A stretch of DNA of 64,000 nt, from the IMG/VR virus record IMGVR_UViG_3300035494_000066. One strand, 5' to 3'. The notes beneath the pieces were generated by a model. That model was not told where the DNA came from. It did not search any database and saw only the letters and a list, made by a program, of their open reading frames with translations. The translations under genes and the position numbers were made by a program. This document shows positions 8,152 to 16,974 of this stretch, in pieces (position 1 is the stretch's first letter; each line of letters starts with the position of its first letter). The stretch is from a virus (lineage: Duplodnaviria; Heunggongvirae; Uroviricota; Caudoviricetes).

Positions 8152-9452
8152 TTAACCCATCTAGTTCCACCGATACAAGTCCACGCCGCTGGTGTTCCCA
8201 GAGACCCGTCAAATGATGTATTGAAGCACACGTCTCCGCGGCTGCCGGCGCAGCTTGGTTCAGAATCGCTAAACATCACTTCGTACTTTCCTACTTTTAT
8301 CTTCGGGACACTCAGGGTGTCTCCTGTAATTGTCACACCAGCACTATTGCGGCTTCCTATTACAATGTCAGCGCCTGACGTTAGGATTCCTACAGTTTGC
8401 TTCTTAAACTTGCCGACTGAGAGCTTTGTTTCCTCGTCCCAAACAGTTAGCGCAGAATCGGGCGAAGTCGTATTAATACCAACTCGGCCGGATTTAGAGG
8501 AGAACAATGTGCCGCCTAGTGTTGTTTCGCCTGCAACAACCAACTCTGTTAAATTTCCGAGCTGGCGAATATTGCTTTTCGTTACCGTAGGGCCTAGCTC
8601 GTCGGTAGTTAACACAACTGTACCGTTTAGTGTAAGATCGCCAGTTAACTTAGCCGATGTTGTATCAATCGACTCTGCAACTGATCCGACTAAGGACTCC
8701 CACACGTCATCTGGTAAGAACAAGTCTCCTGTAACAGTTAAGTCAACAGTTGATATAGTGTCCGACTCGACAGATTCAGTGCAAACTGACACAGCAGATA
8801 ACTTTTCTACCTGAATACCAGTGTCAGTGAGTTCGATCACCCTGTGCGGATATGACGTGTTGTCTCGCATAGCCGCAGACTCTAGCTTTCCGAATTTAGC
8901 AGACGAAGCAACAACTGACTCAATATCTAGGTTGTCAAGAAGCTGCTGCACACTATTTGTTGTTGTGTAGCGCTCGAACTTTGGTTCTAATAAGCTAGAA
9001 ACTGCCCGGGATACCGATAATACTGCATTGTCGGACAACTGCAATGAATCACTAATAGTCACCGAGTCAGCTGTTATCGAATTAGCTAGTATGTCGCCGC
9101 GAACTGTCAGTCCCTCGTTTGTGACTTTAACAACTGTAGACGAAGCTGAGTCTCTAATGCCAGTACTAGAAAACTCTGCTATTGTTCCTGACTTAACGTT
9201 GTTGCCTGACAATTTGTAATTGTTCCAAACGATATTAGATGCTAACAAATTATTGTTAGCATGTTTTGTAACTGTAGTTTTGAGTTCGTCTACAATAGCA
9301 TCAACTGTTCCAGGTGTCGAAATTATGTCTCGTGCCACTTCCTTAACTAACGCACTTAAGTCGATCGACTTAAGTATTTTTGTAATCTCACTTTGTATCG
9401 AATCGGAAATAACACCTAAGGCGTATTCTCGCAATTGATCATCTGATATCAT
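8142..9452 (-). CDS. putative structural (fibre-like) protein
   Basis: beta-rich repeats (LTVTGDL, RVGINTTSP) and C-terminal GDVCFN...WTC...W..W motif of the kind seen in phage fibre proteins. Confidence 0.5.
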   Translation of the reverse strand: MISDDQLREYALGVISDSIQSEITKILKSIDLSALVKEVARDIISTPGTVDAIVDELKTTVTKHANNNLLASNIVWNNYKLSGNNVKSGTIAEFSSTGIRDSASSTVVKVTNEGLTVRGDILANSITADSVTISDSLQLSDNAVLSVSRAVSSLLEPKFERYTTTNSVQQLLDNLDIESVVASSAKFGKLESAAMRDNTSYPHRVIELTDTGIQVEKLSAVSVCTESVESDTISTVDLTVTGDLFLPDDVWESLVGSVAESIDTTSAKLTGDLTLNGTVVLTTDELGPTVTKSNIRQLGNLTELVVAGETTLGGTLFSSKSGRVGINTTSPDSALTVWDEETKLSVGKFKKQTVGILTSGADIVIGSRNSAGVTITGDTLSVPKIKVGKYEVMFSDSEPSCAGSRGDVCFNTSFDGSLGTPAAWTCIGGTRWVNWP

Positions 9453-9461
9453 TGAAGCCTC

Positions 9462-10205
9462 TTAAGGTTTAATTGTTATTATATGCTCGTAGTGCTTCGC
9501 AAACAACGGCTTATACATTAACGATTTCTGTATTTTGTACTCTGCAACGTCACACTCGTGTGCAATGCTAGCTAGCTGCTTAAAGTAAATAGTTCTTCGA
9601 GTTAGCGGGCCTAAGATACAAGCGCCGTCTTCGGTGATGACAAACATATAGTTGTCCCATACTTGTTTGTCATCCCTGCGCCACTTTCTCCGATTGAACA
9701 TCACAACGTCTTTATTCTTCTCATACGAGAACGCTAGCGGTTCGTCGAAGTTTCTAGCATGTTGCGGCAAGTTTTTATAGTCACGGGCTGTTAGAATTAC
9801 CAGAGTCTGACTTAGCTCGATTAATGCTTTAACAACGTCTCGTTGAACTTCTTCGGTATCGAAGTTAGTGATATAGTCGTCTAATGCAACAACTGCATCA
9901 TACTTCGATATCGGACGGTGATCAAGGATGTCATCCGGTAACATCAAATCCGAAATACCCACTTCGTCTCCGTACTCGATGCATGCTGGAGAACAATTGA
10001 TTATAGTAACAGTGTACCCTAAATTGATTAACCCAACAGCAGCTAAGCTGAAGCCGACACACAATACTGTCTCAACTTGAGCCTGTTCGTTTGCAAATGT
10101 TTGTACAATTGTTTCGGCTTTTTTAGCACTTAACTCGTCGATCTTATCCGAACTTGATGCATATTCGCTTATAAAGCGATAATACTCTGCATACGATGTT
10201 AACAT
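9462..10205 (-). CDS. class I SAM-methyltransferase-like protein (possibly degenerate)
   Basis: VLCVGF, YDAVVALDD and LVILT strand pattern; motif I not canonical. Confidence 0.5.
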   Translation of the reverse strand: MLTSYAEYYRFISEYASSSDKIDELSAKKAETIVQTFANEQAQVETVLCVGFSLAAVGLINLGYTVTIINCSPACIEYGDEVGISDLMLPDDILDHRPISKYDAVVALDDYITNFDTEEVQRDVVKALIELSQTLVILTARDYKNLPQHARNFDEPLAFSYEKNKDVVMFNRRKWRRDDKQVWDNYMFVITEDGACILGPLTRRTIYFKQLASIAHECDVAEYKIQKSLMYKPLFAKHYEHIITIKP

Positions 10206-10245
10206 AGTTTTTCCTAATCCTAGTTATTATAATAATAGTTTTAAT

Positions 10246-10251
10246 TATTTA
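10246..10251 (-). promoter_or_regulatory. T4-type late promoter core TAAATA
   Basis: Intergenic, 40 nt upstream of start 10205; motif recurs before many late genes. Confidence 0.6.
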
Positions 10252-10274
10252 TAATATTAGAATTCGGAGATGTA

Positions 10275-11189
10275 TTATCTTCGCAACACATCGAGAGTTA
10301 CACAATGGTGTCCGCCGCCCAATGTCCGGCTGTGACGGAGTTCTATACCGTGTGTTACTACGTTGAATTTTGCAAGTTGGTCACGGAGTACTACTTGCTT
10401 CGGATCACACACAACAGTATCAGGATCAACGGTAAGAAAATTTAAACCAATCCACTTGCTAGCATACGGATATCCGGTAAACTCTTGCGGAACAATTTGA
10501 TCGTCTTCGACCCATATCTTGTCCCAGGCGCGCAACGGTTCGGGTAAATTTGCTATATTAACTCGGGCTGCATTTAGCACTACTAGCCCGTCTCTGACAG
10601 GGCTAACTGTGCTATCGATATGTACACCAGAATATATATTGTCAACGATGTGCACTTTGTACTTACTTCCTAGCACACGCTGTAGCCATTTTGCACCCGC
10701 GTAGTTCCCGGAGTTACTCACCAAGTATAACAAGTCGTTTCCTAGCCGGCAAACGTTTGCAGCATCAAACACAACAGTAGGGTCATCTGGTTTTATTGCA
10801 ATATCATCAAACCACGGATATGCCTCTTCTTCCATATAGCGACATTTAAACGCCATTGGCGCTGATATGACTTTATCCCCTACTACTAAGAACCGATCCC
10901 GCGGGCAGTAATTATACATACCATCCCGGCTTTGGAAATCCAACACGCTAGGTCGAAGTACAGTTACACCCAAAGAAGTCAGTAAAGCAGAGAACTGCTG
11001 CAGATCATGGTTTGCTTCGTCGATAATCTGCATGCTAACTGGACCAGCTGGTACCGGTGTTTCCTTCCAAGCTGTTGTTTCTTCTAGCTCCCTAAAGTCG
11101 CTACAATTCACTGGCCAATTAGCATTCGTTGCATCACCAAGAATTACAGTGCGCAGCGGGTCCCACTCGTTGTTAGAGTTGATTTCCAT
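10275..11189 (-). CDS. amidinotransferase (glycine/inosamine-phosphate amidinotransferase family)
   Basis: NEWDPL start, CPRD, FDAAN, HIDST, GGGHHCVT: Asp-His-Cys triad intact. Confidence 0.9.
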   Translation of the reverse strand: MEINSNNEWDPLRTVILGDATNANWPVNCSDFRELEETTAWKETPVPAGPVSMQIIDEANHDLQQFSALLTSLGVTVLRPSVLDFQSRDGMYNYCPRDRFLVVGDKVISAPMAFKCRYMEEEAYPWFDDIAIKPDDPTVVFDAANVCRLGNDLLYLVSNSGNYAGAKWLQRVLGSKYKVHIVDNIYSGVHIDSTVSPVRDGLVVLNAARVNIANLPEPLRAWDKIWVEDDQIVPQEFTGYPYASKWIGLNFLTVDPDTVVCDPKQVVLRDQLAKFNVVTHGIELRHSRTLGGGHHCVTLDVLRR

Positions 11190-12411
11190 TCATACCTCTT
11201 GTATTCCCGTAATGGATTACCTCAACCCCACTGTCCAATGATGCAAAATTCCGCCACGGGTCAATAATTACCGAGCCGGTGTTGAAATGACAATAAGTCG
11301 CTTGCTCCTCTCGGCCGTCATATGTTACTACTGCATTGTGAGCCAATAGTACTACACCTGTTATCGATTCCGGAGTAGTGCTTTCTGTCAACGGATCGAT
11401 GTATTCCGGAATAAGCCCAAATTCACTAATATAATGCCCTACTAGCAAACTATAACTACCGTCTACTAGATCAATGCCCGGTTTGTATGCTTTACCGTGA
11501 ATGTACACTGGGAGATTTGTAGACTTAGCGATGTCGACAATAAAACGTGCAAGGTTTTTAGCTTGCAGCTCACGAGCCTGCATGATAGACTCAAACAAGT
11601 CATAATTTAAGCCTAGTCGATCTGACATATATCGGAGGGCAATGTTGTCTCTCGGGTGACAAGCACCGGCATCTCCCATTCCGGCAATCATATATTTCGG
11701 TCCCATAATGCGATAGTCTGATTCGGCTAACGCTTTTGTTACAACATCAACATTAATGTTACCGTTACGGATTGCAACATCTTGAATCATATTTACAAGG
11801 CTTAGCTTAGCGCTAATAAACGTGTTGTAAAAGATTTTTATAGATTCTGCTTCGTCCCATGTACCAACTACATACCTAGGATTGTTTTGCATAATCGGTC
11901 CATAGACTTCATCGATTAACATAGCAGCATCTGCAGATGTTTCGCCTTCCTTTGTACCAATGATAACCATCTCAGGATTTACCATATCGTAACGAACACT
12001 GCCCATTGCAATTAAGTACGGGTTATATATAAATCGGTAATTACGAGCTCGCTGGATTAATTGCATGCGAGTTGTTCCGGGCAGTACCGTGCTAATAAGA
12101 ACCACAAGATGGTTCTTATTACAACATCGATTTAGCTCTTCTAACACCTGCTTAACTGCAGAGTAATCAAAGTCTTTCTTAGCTAAATGGCAACTCGGTA
12201 CGCTGCCGTCGTACTCTTGTTCGTGGGGTGTTGGAACTGCAACAAAAATTACCTCAGAGTGCTGTGCTACTTCTTCGATCGAGGACAGTACCGCAACAGA
12301 GTTGCTTTCTCGGGGATAAATATCATAGCCGGCAACAGAATGTACTTTAGCCAACTCTTCTGCACAAGGCATTCCTAATTTCCCCAAGCCGATGAAACCT
12401 ATTTTTTTCAT
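11173..12411 (-). CDS. ugd: UDP-glucose/GDP-mannose dehydrogenase family
   Basis: GLGKLG, VPTP, ISTVLPGTT, YNP, ESIKIFYN, GACHPRD, GKAYKP motifs. Confidence 0.9.
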   Translation of the reverse strand: MKKIGFIGLGKLGMPCAEELAKVHSVAGYDIYPRESNSVAVLSSIEEVAQHSEVIFVAVPTPHEQEYDGSVPSCHLAKKDFDYSAVKQVLEELNRCCNKNHLVVLISTVLPGTTRMQLIQRARNYRFIYNPYLIAMGSVRYDMVNPEMVIIGTKEGETSADAAMLIDEVYGPIMQNNPRYVVGTWDEAESIKIFYNTFISAKLSLVNMIQDVAIRNGNINVDVVTKALAESDYRIMGPKYMIAGMGDAGACHPRDNIALRYMSDRLGLNYDLFESIMQARELQAKNLARFIVDIAKSTNLPVYIHGKAYKPGIDLVDGSYSLLVGHYISEFGLIPEYIDPLTESTTPESITGVVLLAHNAVVTYDGREEQATYCHFNTGSVIIDPWRNFASLDSGVEVIHYGNTRGMNGNQL

Positions 12412-12420
12412 AATTCTCCA

Positions 12421-13545
12421 ATGATCAATATTGATAACTTTTACTATTCTTTATTTAACATACTAAGAACCCACAAAGAACCGGTGCTCAAATTATATGC
12501 GCTACTTGACGGTAAGCGTAGCAAATCCGACATAATTTCATTCCACCGCAGTGCGGTCTGGAGGTCGAAAAGTATGCCTAGTATCTTTTGCCACGACCAA
12601 GAACCTATTTCGGCTAAAAGCAATGTCTGGGAGTTTGTTTCGGAACAGTGTACTACCCAGGTTGCTAATAATTGGAGGGTTTCCACACTGTTATTAGCTA
12701 ACAGTGAAAAAAATAGCACCGAAAAGGATGCTGTGTTGAGATCGCTCCCGGTTGTTGATTTTTACTACTTCTTTCACGGATTTGCTGCACTCGATTGGTA
12801 TCGGTCAAACGAGTTTTACTGCTTACCAAAACAGCCCAAGTACAACTTTGTTGTTAATGCTCGCGGCATAAGTGGCTCTAGGGCATACCGCTTATATCTA
12901 ATTAGCCAACTTCACAAACGAGGCTTATTAGACCAAAGTCTGTATAGTGTGTCAGTTGCTGAAGACGGCCAAGATTACAGCGAAATTGCAAAACGCTGTT
13001 TACCTGCACATATTGCATCTAGTATTAGTCTACCTAGCAGTACATCAGTGTCGTACGACTCTGAATTTAGCTCTACTGCTAGTGCACGTATCAATGACGT
13101 TATGTACAGCCAAGTCCGATTTCAAATTGTTGCAGAAACAGTTGCTATGTGTAACAGGCAGCACTTAACCGAAAAAGTGTTTCAACCTATTGTAACTAAA
13201 ACTCCGTTTTTACTAATTGCAGGCCAAAACGCTACGGCCTATTTAACTAGCTACGGTTTTAAAGATTACTCAAAATGGTTTAAAGTCAACGATACAAGCG
13301 AGTCGTGGGTCGACCGGGTTGATTCGGCTATTTCGGCAGCTGAGCAGTTCTGTTCTCTAAGCGAAGCCGAAAAAGAGCATCAGTTAAAGGAAATGGCTGC
13401 TGTAGCAGAATTTAATTACAACCACTTCTACGGTGAGTTCAAGCAAATTATTTTAAAAGAGCTTTTAGAAAACTTTAAGGTGGCGCATGCTATTGCTGTT
13501 GATAAAACGATAGAACGCTTTAAACAGGCTCCACATTTACCTTAA
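12421..13545 (+). CDS. glycosyltransferase-like protein (GT10-like ...ET...TEK motif)
   Basis: Long plus-strand ORF with no minus-strand competitor; FQIVAETV...LTEKVFQPI...PFLL...YGF. Confidence 0.55.
   Translation: MINIDNFYYSLFNILRTHKEPVLKLYALLDGKRSKSDIISFHRSAVWRSKSMPSIFCHDQEPISAKSNVWEFVSEQCTTQVANNWRVSTLLLANSEKNSTEKDAVLRSLPVVDFYYFFHGFAALDWYRSNEFYCLPKQPKYNFVVNARGISGSRAYRLYLISQLHKRGLLDQSLYSVSVAEDGQDYSEIAKRCLPAHIASSISLPSSTSVSYDSEFSSTASARINDVMYSQVRFQIVAETVAMCNRQHLTEKVFQPIVTKTPFLLIAGQNATAYLTSYGFKDYSKWFKVNDTSESWVDRVDSAISAAEQFCSLSEAEKEHQLKEMAAVAEFNYNHFYGEFKQIILKELLENFKVAHAIAVDKTIERFKQAPHLP
12452..12457 (-). promoter_or_regulatory. late promoter core TAAATA for the ugd operon (inside the divergent gene)
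   Basis: 40 nt upstream of the ugd ATG. Confidence 0.45.
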
Positions 13546-13828
13546 GTGGAAAGTTGTGCCGGCGCGCCAGCAGTATTACCTCAGATCCTTTTTGCTCAGC
13601 AATCTCATACGGGTAAACTGCAATAACTGCATTGCCTTCATGATGTATCTTCGACGCTAAGTCTAGTGCTTCTTGTTCTGAGTACAGAAATATATCTGTT
13701 AAAGTAAACACAACAAAATCAACAGTAGTAACATCGTCGTTTAAGTAAACAATCTTGTACTCTGTAGGCGGCTCGACATTTATTGTTCGTTTTGATACTT
13801 TTTTCGATTGTAGCTCTTTAGTTGCCAT
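13520..13828 (-). CDS. clpS: ATP-dependent Clp protease adaptor ClpS
   Basis: PP.Y.IVYLNDDVT..DFV...L..IF...IHHEG.A...Y..EIAE.K...FPL. Confidence 0.92.
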   Translation of the reverse strand: MATKELQSKKVSKRTINVEPPTEYKIVYLNDDVTTVDFVVFTLTDIFLYSEQEALDLASKIHHEGNAVIAVYPYEIAEQKGSEVILLARRHNFPLKVNVEPV

Positions 13829-13845
13829 AAAATTGATATCCTCAA

Positions 13846-13866
13846 AGAAGGGGCATTGCCCCTTCT
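13846..13866 (-). terminator. GC stem-loop between hsp20 and clpS
   Basis: AGAAGGGGC-AAT-GCCCCTTCT 9-bp stem followed by a short T run. Confidence 0.55.
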
Positions 13867-13868
13867 AC

Positions 13869-14297
13869 TTAGTTAATTTCAAACGAAACTGGTTTGTCTT
13901 CTTCAGGAATTGTATCTACGATAGTAATACGCAGAATACCATCGACATACTCGACTTTAGTAACTTCGGTACTTCGGGCGACCGGAATTACACGACTAGC
14001 ATTGCGAAGTGCAATATTTTTAACCAGGAACTTCCGAGAAGACTGCTCTTCTGTCTTTTCTTTTTCTGCACTAATCTTAATAAGATCTAGGCCAGAAGCT
14101 TTGCCAGTCCCTTTTTCCCGTGTTACTGAAATTTCGTCCTTAGAAAACCCAGCAAGTGCTACAGATACTGTAAACACAGAACCGTCGGAATTTTCCTCAA
14201 CTTCGATATTATAACGCGGGTATGCTTGGTCGTTTACATCTAACATGTTATTAAGAGCAAACAAGTGCATGTGTAGGGGGTTTAGTACAGATTTCAT
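13869..14297 (-). CDS. hsp20: small heat-shock protein (Hsp20/IbpA family)
   Basis: YPRYNI, VALAGF, I..R...R.I, EYVDGILRI; strong SD AAGGAG. Confidence 0.9.
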   Translation of the reverse strand: MKSVLNPLHMHLFALNNMLDVNDQAYPRYNIEVEENSDGSVFTVSVALAGFSKDEISVTREKGTGKASGLDLIKISAEKEKTEEQSSRKFLVKNIALRNASRVIPVARSTEVTKVEYVDGILRITIVDTIPEEDKPVSFEIN

Positions 14298-14371
14298 ATT
14301 GTAGTTCTCCTTTGTTTATAAGCAAGAGTTAAATAGAGTCCACAGTGTAATGTGCAACTCGTTAGTTAAAG

Positions 14372-14596
14372 TCACCGACCCTTCGGCTGACTTTTTGCAA
14401 GCTTCTTCTGCCATCGTTTAACAGCAGCTGCTTTAGCAATTTTACGTTCTTCTGTTGGTTTTGTAAAGTCTTTACGGGCTTTAGCTTCTGCTAACCGACC
14501 GTCGTTGTTCACTTTCTTTTTTAGTTTCCTAAGGGCTTTTTCTATATTACCATCTTTTACAGATGTTGTCAAGCCAAAGCTTTGATATGGTTTCAA
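14372..14596 (-). CDS. rpsU: ribosomal protein bS21
   Basis: IEKALRKLKKKV...RL.E.KARKDFTKPTEERK..K.AAVKRW; TTG start with GGAGG. Confidence 0.9.
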   Translation of the reverse strand: MKPYQSFGLTTSVKDGNIEKALRKLKKKVNNDGRLAEAKARKDFTKPTEERKIAKAAAVKRWQKKLAKSQPKGR

Positions 14597-14608
14597 AATT
14601 CCTCCAGT

Positions 14609-14944
14609 TTAAATAACAGCGAGCAATCCGCTTACTTCGTTGTCGTGTTTCACAGGAGGCCGTTTTTGGCGGCCGTACCAGTACACGTTACTAAACGACA
14701 ACAATGCACTAGCAAGCGGGGCTGGCGTAGTGTCGATATTTATCACTATAGTTGATGCAGAGGCTGCAACCGACGTTGCCCACACGGTGTCAACGTCTTC
14801 TGTGCCCACATGTACTGCAACATCTTCATCAGGAAGTTTGTTAATGAACTCAATTACGTCTTCTGGTGTTGGTCCTACTAGTAAGTAGCTCGTCGGTAGC
14901 GTAGTTACTATATCAGGACTACTTACTAGTAGGATGTCACTCAT
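14609..14944 (-). CDS. hypothetical protein
   Basis: 111-aa ORF overlapping the upstream stop. Confidence 0.65.
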   Translation of the reverse strand: MSDILLVSSPDIVTTLPTSYLLVGPTPEDVIEFINKLPDEDVAVHVGTEDVDTVWATSVAASASTIVINIDTTPAPLASALLSFSNVYWYGRQKRPPVKHDNEVSGLLAVI

Positions 14945-16532
14945 CAGTTAAACCTGTGGGTTCGTTTGCTAGTTTTTCAGAAAGTTCAGATATTGCCGAT
15001 CGCTCAGTATCCGAAATTGGTAGCTCGGCCAAGTTAATTGTTCCTGCAGCAACCAGTTTAGCCATGTGTTGTAAATATTCAGCGTTGTTTACCATAGCTT
15101 CGCAAGTCGACTGGTCAACTTGAGACCACTTAATGCCGCTCCACTGATACAGTCGAATAGGACTAAAGTCAGTTCTAAGAAAATAATCACCTTTCTGAGC
15201 ACTTTCTGGGAATACAACACCAAATCCAGTTGCAGGCTCTGTTGTACTGTTAGCAGCTAGTTCGTCTGCATCAGTCTTTGGTACTAAGTCGTAACGATCA
15301 GCTAGCGCAATAATAGCAGCATCTCGTTTTGAAATTTCAGTGTCTTTCTTGTCAACCTCGCGCTCGAGTTCAGCGACTCGAGAAATCAATTGGTCAATGC
15401 GAGCTGTGTTCTCAACTTCAACGATCTCAGGCTCGCGGTCTGTTAACTCTTTAATTTCAGCACGGAGTGATTCAATTTCTAGTCGAAGTGTCTCAGACAG
15501 CTCGTCTGCTTCTTGCAATTCTGTACGAGCAACCGAAAGCTTCTGCTCGATTTCGTTTTTTTCGCGATAAAGCTCTAACGTGCTGCTTTCGTAATCAATC
15601 GCAGTAGTAGACACCTTCGACAACTGGTCTAGGTGATCGCCAATCTCGCTAACTAGTTTTTCAAAATTTAATATTTCCATTTGTAACCTTTGTTTTTGTT
15701 TAATTACAATATCATATATATGACGTAATTTATTAAATCGGGCAACTAACTCGCTAACGTGGTTTTTGTTGTCCGAGTGTGAACGAGACCATTCAAATGT
15801 CATTGCTGCAGCAAGGACTAGCATAATTGCTAACGGATCAAATACTGCTACTATTATTATAATTACCCACCGAACAGCAGCTTCTAATAAACTAGCATCG
15901 GGACTGGTTCCATATATCAATTCAGCAATATATTTTATTGGTCCTACTTCAGCTTCGAGTGCAACTTGTTGCTTAGACAACACTAACCGCTCTTCGCGCA
16001 TTGCAGCAACTGACTCACTAGCTTCGTTAATAATAGCTGATAAACTAGCTCTTTCTTCTTTCTGGCTTTCGCGGACTGCAATCGAACCATCTGGTCCGCG
16101 TATACGATCGTACTTAGCAAGAGTCTCTACTGCAGCGTCAAGCTGATCGATTACTGTTTCTGCATCTGTTATTCGTTTCTGCTCTCTGGCTATTTTACTA
16201 TCAATTAGCTCGATTTGCAAACTTTGATTACCAGCACTTGATGTTTGCTCAATGTGTGCTTTCGATAGAAATCCAAAAATCCCCATTGAAGTAACAAACA
16301 TAAGAACTAACACTGCAGACGACAGATACGTTTTTGCTAGCAGCGGTATTCGTTTCCAGTAAACATGGAGCCATACTGTTGTCATAATTTTGCCAACTTC
16401 AAGCACTGAGCCCATGATCACAATCGGCCAAAACGCAGCTGCGAATATAGCTGTTAATCCAGCAATACTGTAATAAGCAGCTACAGCGCTTATACTTAGT
16501 GCCGACAATAGTAAAATAAAAGCAAAAAACAT
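14937..16532 (-). CDS. membrane-anchored coiled-coil protein typical of large T4-like phages
   Basis: Three N-terminal TMs (SIAGL..IF, LEVGK, TSMGIFGFLSKAH), a later TM (VFDPLA) and a long heptad region. Confidence 0.75.
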   Translation of the reverse strand: MFFAFILLLSALSISAVAAYYSIAGLTAIFAAAFWPIVIMGSVLEVGKIMTTVWLHVYWKRIPLLAKTYLSSAVLVLMFVTSMGIFGFLSKAHIEQTSSAGNQSLQIELIDSKIAREQKRITDAETVIDQLDAAVETLAKYDRIRGPDGSIAVRESQKEERASLSAIINEASESVAAMREERLVLSKQQVALEAEVGPIKYIAELIYGTSPDASLLEAAVRWVIIIIVAVFDPLAIMLVLAAAMTFEWSRSHSDNKNHVSELVARFNKLRHIYDIVIKQKQRLQMEILNFEKLVSEIGDHLDQLSKVSTTAIDYESSTLELYREKNEIEQKLSVARTELQEADELSETLRLEIESLRAEIKELTDREPEIVEVENTARIDQLISRVAELEREVDKKDTEISKRDAAIIALADRYDLVPKTDADELAANSTTEPATGFGVVFPESAQKGDYFLRTDFSPIRLYQWSGIKWSQVDQSTCEAMVNNAEYLQHMAKLVAAGTINLAELPISDTERSAISELSEKLANEPTGLTDE

Positions 16533-16533
16533 A

Positions 16534-16968
16534 TTAGTCCAACTTAACCATTCCAGCTTCTACCAAAAGCTGCCGGTTCCGCAAATGAGCAGCTTCGATA
16601 TCACTCTTAGATTTTCCGTTATACAGAACTGCGTGACCTTCTGTTAACATTATATTAGTCAATGTAGTCTTAGAACCATCTTCTGCGGTAATTACAAAGT
16701 CGCCTAATATTCGACCGTACTTACCTGTACCATCCTTAAACGTTTGTAATACTTGATCTGACCCCAATGGTACTAACTCACTAACTCGCTGTTTAGCTGC
16801 TAAGCCGAAGATCTTTTCAATCGGATCCGAAGTACGAGACTCTGGTGCGTCTATACCGTTTATCCTAATACGCTGATCTTTAAGCCAAACATCAAACCCT
16901 AAGTCGATATCAACATCAACTGTGTCTCCGTCGACAATATAGACTACTTTACATCTATACTCGTACAT
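16534..16968 (-). CDS. thermonuclease (SNase-like) family protein
   Basis: VDGDTVD, RIRINGIDAPE, GKYGRILG. Confidence 0.9.
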   Translation of the reverse strand: MYEYRCKVVYIVDGDTVDVDIDLGFDVWLKDQRIRINGIDAPESRTSDPIEKIFGLAAKQRVSELVPLGSDQVLQTFKDGTGKYGRILGDFVITAEDGSKTTLTNIMLTEGHAVLYNGKSKSDIEAAHLRNRQLLVEAGMVKLD

Positions 16969-16974
16969 TACTGT

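Noticed and set aside
8089-8814. Long plus-strand ORFs (also 18522..19148, 32391..33011, 42085..42555, 59664..60176 and many shorter ones)
   Set aside because: They are antisense shadows of well-supported minus-strand genes, with no motifs or ribosome-binding sites.
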